Below are positions 59,445-64,000 of a DNA stretch of 64,000 bases, piece after piece; the first letter of the stretch is position 1, and every line of letters begins with the position of its first letter. The DNA lies in the IMG/VR virus record IMGVR_UViG_3300042868_007959, positions 124,001 to 188,000 of that record, one strand, 5' to 3'. The notes beneath the pieces are model-generated. The model did not search any database. It had not been told where the DNA came from and saw only the letters and a program-made list of their open reading frames with translations. The position numbers were made by a program, and so were the translations under genes.

Positions 59445-61415
59445 TTATCCCATATAGTCACTTGCCTCTTTACTTGATGGAACTCCACCATTTCTAAATG
59501 TACCGTTTAAGTGAGAAATTATAGTTTTTATAATATCAGGTTTAATAGATTCTATATCCATATTTTTAGTAGAACCATCAGGTGAAACTATTTCTATTCT
59601 CCCTGAAACATCTAATGTCCCAAACTCAATTTTGGAAGGTATCGTACCACTATTACCACCTGATGATAGATTTTTATCCATTAATTTATCTAAAGGTCCA
59701 CCTCTTTTAGCTCCGATAATATCATCTTCATTAGTGAAGCTAGTTACTTCACCAGAAGACCTCATCATAAAATCCTCACGAACAATTGGATCTCCAGGTT
59801 TTTTTATCACATCTTCCCCACCCATTTTCTTTAACTCTGTTAATATATCTTCTAAAGAAGTTTTTAAGTCAAGTTCTTTTAATGCATCCTTTAAACCCTT
59901 AGTAAAGTCAGCATCAAATACCTTTTGAATTCCTTCACCAGTAGTAATACCTAGTAATTGTGCCTGTTCTAACATAGCTTCCCTAAGTTTACCATAAGGT
60001 GTTGTTTGGAGATATTCTATTGTCTTCTGAATTTGTTTTTCAGTACCTTCCATAAGTGAATCCATACCTGGTCTTAATATGTCCTCAGTCAATTCATAAA
60101 CATTTGTTTCTGCCACATACCCTGTTTTCATAGCTTCTAAAATGTTCTGTAGAATTTGGTTGGTAGTCATTGAATTTTTAGCCATATCCATTATCGCCTC
60201 TTCTTCATTTTTAGGTGCTGCCAACATTTTTTCTGCCATATCAACACCAATCTCATCTATACCTATTTCTTTACCATCAAAATCGACTACCCATTTACCA
60301 TCTTTCATTTTAGCCATACTAGCTAAACCTTCTCTCATATCTTCATCAACGATATTGCCAGAAACATTCATTTTGATGTCTTTTATTTTTGCGGATTGTC
60401 TAGCCATATCAATAAGACTTTCAGCACTACCACCAATCGTTTTTGATAAAGCCTCAAATTGTTGTCTAGCTTCTGGAGGTAATTCATATTCACCAGATTC
60501 TTCGTTAAACTGTAACATGTTTTCAGTCATTTTACCAACCTTCTCAGCCAACTCTTGAGGTTTGTTTCTTGCTAAATACATAGTTTCGAAAGGATCACCA
60601 AACGCTTCTGCAATATCACCACCTAAAAGTTGTAATTCTGCTGCTGCCTCTATTGCCCCCTCAGGATTGTAAAATTTATCTGCCATAGATAACATATCAC
60701 TGACATCCATTCTCATCTTAACTGCCAATTTAGACATCTCCATCATTCCTTTGACACCACCTTTAAATGAATAAGATGACATTTTATCAAAATTATTTGC
60801 CAATGTCTTAGCTACTTGACTAGCATTTAAACCTAATTTTTGACTATCTACAGTTAATTTATTTAAAAATTGTGAGGAGTTTTGAACACTGACACCCATC
60901 AAATCCATTCTTTCAGCTAATGCTGATGCACTCTCAATTCCTACCCCTAATCCCTTTTCTAAAAGAAAGATATTCTTAACTTCTTCTGGTGAGATAATTC
61001 TAGCCCTACCATTTGCATCAGAAAACTTTGTCATTATAGTATTAACATTTTCCGCAGTACCCCCAAATTTTTGAACTTCCGCAGTCGCCCTATTAAATGA
61101 TTTAGTAAATTCGTGACTTCTACCTACTGATATACCAATGTTTACCGCAGTTGACTTACTTGTTTCCGCCAATTTTTCGGCATACTTATATTGTTCTTTA
61201 CTATCTGTTGCAAATTTTCTAAATTCAGAAGATATATTTCTTACAGATAAAACCGCATCTTCTAATAAATTTTTACTATCTCCTATATTTTTACTTACAC
61301 CCTCAGAATCCTTATTAATCTTAGCCATATTACCAGACATTTCATCTAGTTTTTCATTTAACTCATTAATTTGTTTTTGTAACTTTTTTATATCGTCTTC
61401 AGTAGGTGCTGCCAT
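59445..61415 (-). CDS. Tape-measure-like protein
   Basis: Helical, A/M/K-rich; EGAIEAAAELQLLGG. Located between the tail chaperone and baseplate genes. Confidence 0.75.
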   Translation of the reverse strand: MAAPTEDDIKKLQKQINELNEKLDEMSGNMAKINKDSEGVSKNIGDSKNLLEDAVLSVRNISSEFRKFATDSKEQYKYAEKLAETSKSTAVNIGISVGRSHEFTKSFNRATAEVQKFGGTAENVNTIMTKFSDANGRARIISPEEVKNIFLLEKGLGVGIESASALAERMDLMGVSVQNSSQFLNKLTVDSQKLGLNASQVAKTLANNFDKMSSYSFKGGVKGMMEMSKLAVKMRMDVSDMLSMADKFYNPEGAIEAAAELQLLGGDIAEAFGDPFETMYLARNKPQELAEKVGKMTENMLQFNEESGEYELPPEARQQFEALSKTIGGSAESLIDMARQSAKIKDIKMNVSGNIVDEDMREGLASMAKMKDGKWVVDFDGKEIGIDEIGVDMAEKMLAAPKNEEEAIMDMAKNSMTTNQILQNILEAMKTGYVAETNVYELTEDILRPGMDSLMEGTEKQIQKTIEYLQTTPYGKLREAMLEQAQLLGITTGEGIQKVFDADFTKGLKDALKELDLKTSLEDILTELKKMGGEDVIKKPGDPIVREDFMMRSSGEVTSFTNEDDIIGAKRGGPLDKLMDKNLSSGGNSGTIPSKIEFGTLDVSGRIEIVSPDGSTKNMDIESIKPDIIKTIISHLNGTFRNGGVPSSKEASDYMG

Positions 61416-61434
61416 TATACTTTATTTTAGTTTT

Positions 61435-61587
61435 TTAAGGTGTTTTTTTATTTTCTTCAAAGTCTTTTTTTATTTTTTCAAAATCTTTTTTTATTTTATC
61501 AAAAATTTTTAATATCTCACTAAATTCTGTTTTATTCACAGAATTATTTACAATTTTTTTTATATTATTAGTTAAATCACCTAACAT
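61435..61587 (-). CDS. Small hypothetical protein, 50 aa (not in track)
   Basis: MLGDLTNNIKKIVNNSVNKTEFSEILKIFDKIKKDFEKIKKDFEENKKTP*. Starts 1 nt after the upstream stop. Confidence 0.6.
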   Translation of the reverse strand: MLGDLTNNIKKIVNNSVNKTEFSEILKIFDKIKKDFEKIKKDFEENKKTP

Positions 61588-61588
61588 A

Positions 61589-62086
61589 TTATCTTTTTTC
61601 AATTATCTCAAAAGATACTTTTTCTTTTAAACTACTTCTTGTTTTTACCGCTGAACTGACAAACCCATCTTGACTGTAAAATAATTGGATGTCCCCTTCT
61701 TGAGATAAACTTGTCCGTAATGTCCTATAATTTAATATCAAACCGACTCTATAATCCCAATCATCTTTTTGTAGAATTATATAACTATCTGTAACAGATA
61801 AAACATTAAATCTATTTCTCCCATAAAATTCGAATTCTAGCTTTTCAACTGCCGCACGTAAAGACAATTTTATTTTATCTATAAAAGATATACTTATTTC
61901 AGTAAAAGGCAGTGATTTTTGGGTATTTTGTTGATCTAATCTACTTTGAATACGAGCATTTAACATATCCATCTTCTCTTTAGTCTTATCAATACTATAC
62001 TGAACATCTTGTATATCTTGAGTGGAAATACTTTCTATTAGAATATTTATATCTTCTATAGTTTTTAAATACTTATTTATATCCAT
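61589..62086 (-). CDS. Hypothetical protein
   Basis: 165 aa. Late motif at 62102-62109. Confidence 0.7.
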   Translation of the reverse strand: MDINKYLKTIEDINILIESISTQDIQDVQYSIDKTKEKMDMLNARIQSRLDQQNTQKSLPFTEISISFIDKIKLSLRAAVEKLEFEFYGRNRFNVLSVTDSYIILQKDDWDYRVGLILNYRTLRTSLSQEGDIQLFYSQDGFVSSAVKTRSSLKEKVSFEIIEKR

Positions 62087-62122
62087 AACATATTTTTATA
62101 TATAAATATTCTATTTTTTAGT

Positions 62123-62266
62123 TTATTCTTTTGGTATTAGATAATCTATATAATATTTACGCATATAAGTTGGCATAATCAGAATATCTGAATATGAAAA
62201 ACCTCTATTAACTAAAAATAATATCTCCCTAAGAAGATATTGTTGATGGTTAGATGTCAGGCCAAA
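62123..62266 (-). CDS. Tail assembly chaperone C-terminal extension (+1 frame ORF, probably reached by frameshift)
   Basis: FGLTSNHQQYLLREILFLVNRGFSYSDILIMPTYMRKYY overlaps the 3' end of the upstream gene. Confidence 0.65.
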   Translation of the reverse strand, partial: FGLTSNHQQYLLREILFLVNRGFSYSDILIMPTYMRKYYIDYLIPKE

Positions 62267-63026
62267 ATAAATTTTTATTGATTCTAAGAAAGGTATTAAC
62301 GGACTCTCCCCCCTGAGTCCTAGCAATGACATTAAAATTAATTCCTGGCTCAATCTCTAACAAATACTTATTAAGATTTCTAATATCCATGATAGGTAAC
62401 GCTTTTAAAATATTGGATATTTTAATCTTATCTCTTTCACCGTCTATATCCATTATCGATCTTTCTAATCTTAAAGTTGTTTTAGTAGAAATTTCATTTT
62501 TAGACCTTTCCATAATTTGTTGATCTAAAATTTCTATTTCTTCCTCATCTTTACCTGTCAATAATCTAAATTTTAAATTTTTATTTGATTTAGGAAGAAT
62601 GAAATCAAATAACCCATTTTCGTCTGGTTTAACAGTTAATTTTTTTTGTTCTAAAGTAGATAAATCAACCTCCCCTTCTACCACCTTTTTAGAAAAAGGA
62701 TCAATAATAGGTTGTATATATTTTTCACCAAATGCAGAAACTCTTAAGAAAATAATTATTGCCATTCTATCACCTTCCAAAAGTAACTTATGATCAAATC
62801 CTAAATCTTTAACTTTTCTTTCTAATAAAACATCTATAAGTTTCCCACTAGCCAATATATTTGGTGATGTCAATATGTTCTCATCAAAAGCAGTTAAGTA
62901 TTCTACTTTAATTTTATCTTTTTTATTTGGGTATAATAAACCTTGTGAAGGTAATTCTATTATATCGTAAGGTACCTTATAATCTTCAGGTACAAAGTTT
63001 GGGTCATTAAAGCTATTTTTATCCAT
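62250..63026 (-). CDS. Tail assembly chaperone / T4 gp26-like protein
   Basis: IELPSQGLLY, LTAFDENIL, GDRMAI..LR..AFG..Y, LPKS..LKFRLLT, EPGI, FWP. Confidence 0.8.
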   Translation of the reverse strand: MDKNSFNDPNFVPEDYKVPYDIIELPSQGLLYPNKKDKIKVEYLTAFDENILTSPNILASGKLIDVLLERKVKDLGFDHKLLLEGDRMAIIIFLRVSAFGEKYIQPIIDPFSKKVVEGEVDLSTLEQKKLTVKPDENGLFDFILPKSNKNLKFRLLTGKDEEEIEILDQQIMERSKNEISTKTTLRLERSIMDIDGERDKIKISNILKALPIMDIRNLNKYLLEIEPGINFNVIARTQGGESVNTFLRINKNLFWPDI

Positions 63027-63062
63027 ATTATAAAACTATTTATTAATTATTAAAAGTAAATA

Positions 63063-63980
63063 TTATACTATTTCTATTGGTTCAACAAGAACTTCTATTT
63101 TACCAAACATTTTATCTAATTCATTTTGATCGATAACTTTATTGGTATCTACATCATCATCAAAATCGTCTGGATCTACAATTATACCACCTTCTGATCC
63201 TGCATCAACTTCTCTTTTCTTATTCCAATACTCTGAACAAGTTTGATCTAATTTATTTTCTAAATCTACTAATTTCCCAACAGATAAAGGTTTCCCATCT
63301 ACACTTGTTTTAGGTAAAAATCCCGCTATTAATTCGTCAACTGTTGGGACTTTGGGGAATGCACCACCGACCAATGGGGTATTTCTTAAAAAATCACTTA
63401 TGTCTTTGAACCATTCATTATCTCTTTCTTTACCTTTAAATTGTTCATTAGTTTCTTTTTCAAAATTTTGTAAAGATTCCTTTAAGTATTTTATACGCTC
63501 TCTTAATTTTGTAGATTTACCTTCTTTATCATTACAAAAATCTTCAATTTCTTTTTGATTCCATGAGGCAATATTTACTATATTATTATATTCTACACTA
63601 AATTCTTCTAATGCCGTCATATATTCATCTTTTTTATTAAAAAAAGCGTCTACTTTTTGGTTACATTCACTTATACAACTATTAGTATTAGCATTACCAT
63701 AACCGAATTTACTTTCACATTTTGATCTACATCTAGCGTAACCAATTTTCCTTAAATTTTCTAAATCTCTTTTAACAGATTTCAGTGGTTCTACTACTAA
63801 AAATCCTAAAGGATGATACTTCCATAGTTTACTATTACCATAATCGGCACCTGCAGTCATTATTAAGGATTCTGAATCAGGTAAACTACCTCTTTGGGTT
63901 GATACATAAATTTCATTTAAACTAATTAAAGCGACTTGTTCTACCACAATTATTCTAAGGACATCTTCTATATTTTTCAT
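63063..63980 (-). CDS. Hypothetical helical protein with Cys pairs
   Basis: 305 aa; CRSKC..CISEC; leader ending ISLNE. Confidence 0.7.
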   Translation of the reverse strand: MKNIEDVLRIIVVEQVALISLNEIYVSTQRGSLPDSESLIMTAGADYGNSKLWKYHPLGFLVVEPLKSVKRDLENLRKIGYARCRSKCESKFGYGNANTNSCISECNQKVDAFFNKKDEYMTALEEFSVEYNNIVNIASWNQKEIEDFCNDKEGKSTKLRERIKYLKESLQNFEKETNEQFKGKERDNEWFKDISDFLRNTPLVGGAFPKVPTVDELIAGFLPKTSVDGKPLSVGKLVDLENKLDQTCSEYWNKKREVDAGSEGGIIVDPDDFDDDVDTNKVIDQNELDKMFGKIEVLVEPIEIV

Positions 63981-64000
63981 TCTTTTACCTGACCAACCTT

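Noticed and set aside
62268-62274. Canonical -1 slippery heptamer A AAT TTA in the chaperone gene
   Set aside because: The -1 frame reads TTT ATT TTG GCC TGA and stops. The downstream ORF is in the +1 frame.
360-63558. Many short ORFs in the track antisense to or nested in long genes (e.g. 360-746, 5208-5615, 38303-38893, 56863-57414, 60142-60558)
   Set aside because: They are S/F/L/I-rich shadows of real minus-strand genes, with no motifs or promoters.
1-64000. Stop-codon reassignment, as in some large phages
   Set aside because: Long genes are intact in code 11. TAG (sbcC, primase, gp6) and TGA (17903, 45525) end genes at expected positions.

Overview
Strongly AT-rich, gene-dense 64 kb segment of a large (jumbo-type) myovirus genome, almost entirely on the minus strand, with standard genetic code. 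The host is most likely Bacteroidota: the phage sigma-70 resembles the Bacteroidota primary sigma, there are several TTTG-19/20 nt-TAnnTTTG promoters, no Shine-Dalgarno motifs are evident, and a virion protein carries a Bacteroidota-type beta-propeller. Replication and recombination genes (SbcCD, PD-(D/E)XK nuclease, primase, RuvC, class II RNR, helicase, 5'-3' exonuclease, RecA, gp32-like SSB) are interleaved with two baseplate/tail blocks (gp25, gp6/J, hub with GH19-like domain, LysM/gp53, tube-fold protein, tape measure, tail chaperone) and very large Cys-rich virion proteins. The best leads for undescribed biology are: (1) strong enrichment of an [ST]-[GA]-x-[ST] motif in virion proteins, a candidate surface-modification sequon; (2) unrelated late proteins sharing T4-CTS-like leaders ending in [LI]xE, candidate capsid-packaged cargo; (3) two promoter classes placed face to face at both divergent junctions; (4) a probable +1 frameshift in the tail chaperone; (5) a hidden 26-aa ORF containing a perfect 14-bp hairpin after nrdJ; (6) a re-split SbcD/SbcC pair; (7) apparently inactivated peptidoglycan domains at the tail tip. 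All family calls come from motif recognition by eye, not database searches. No tRNA, rRNA, CRISPR array, intron or intein was seen.
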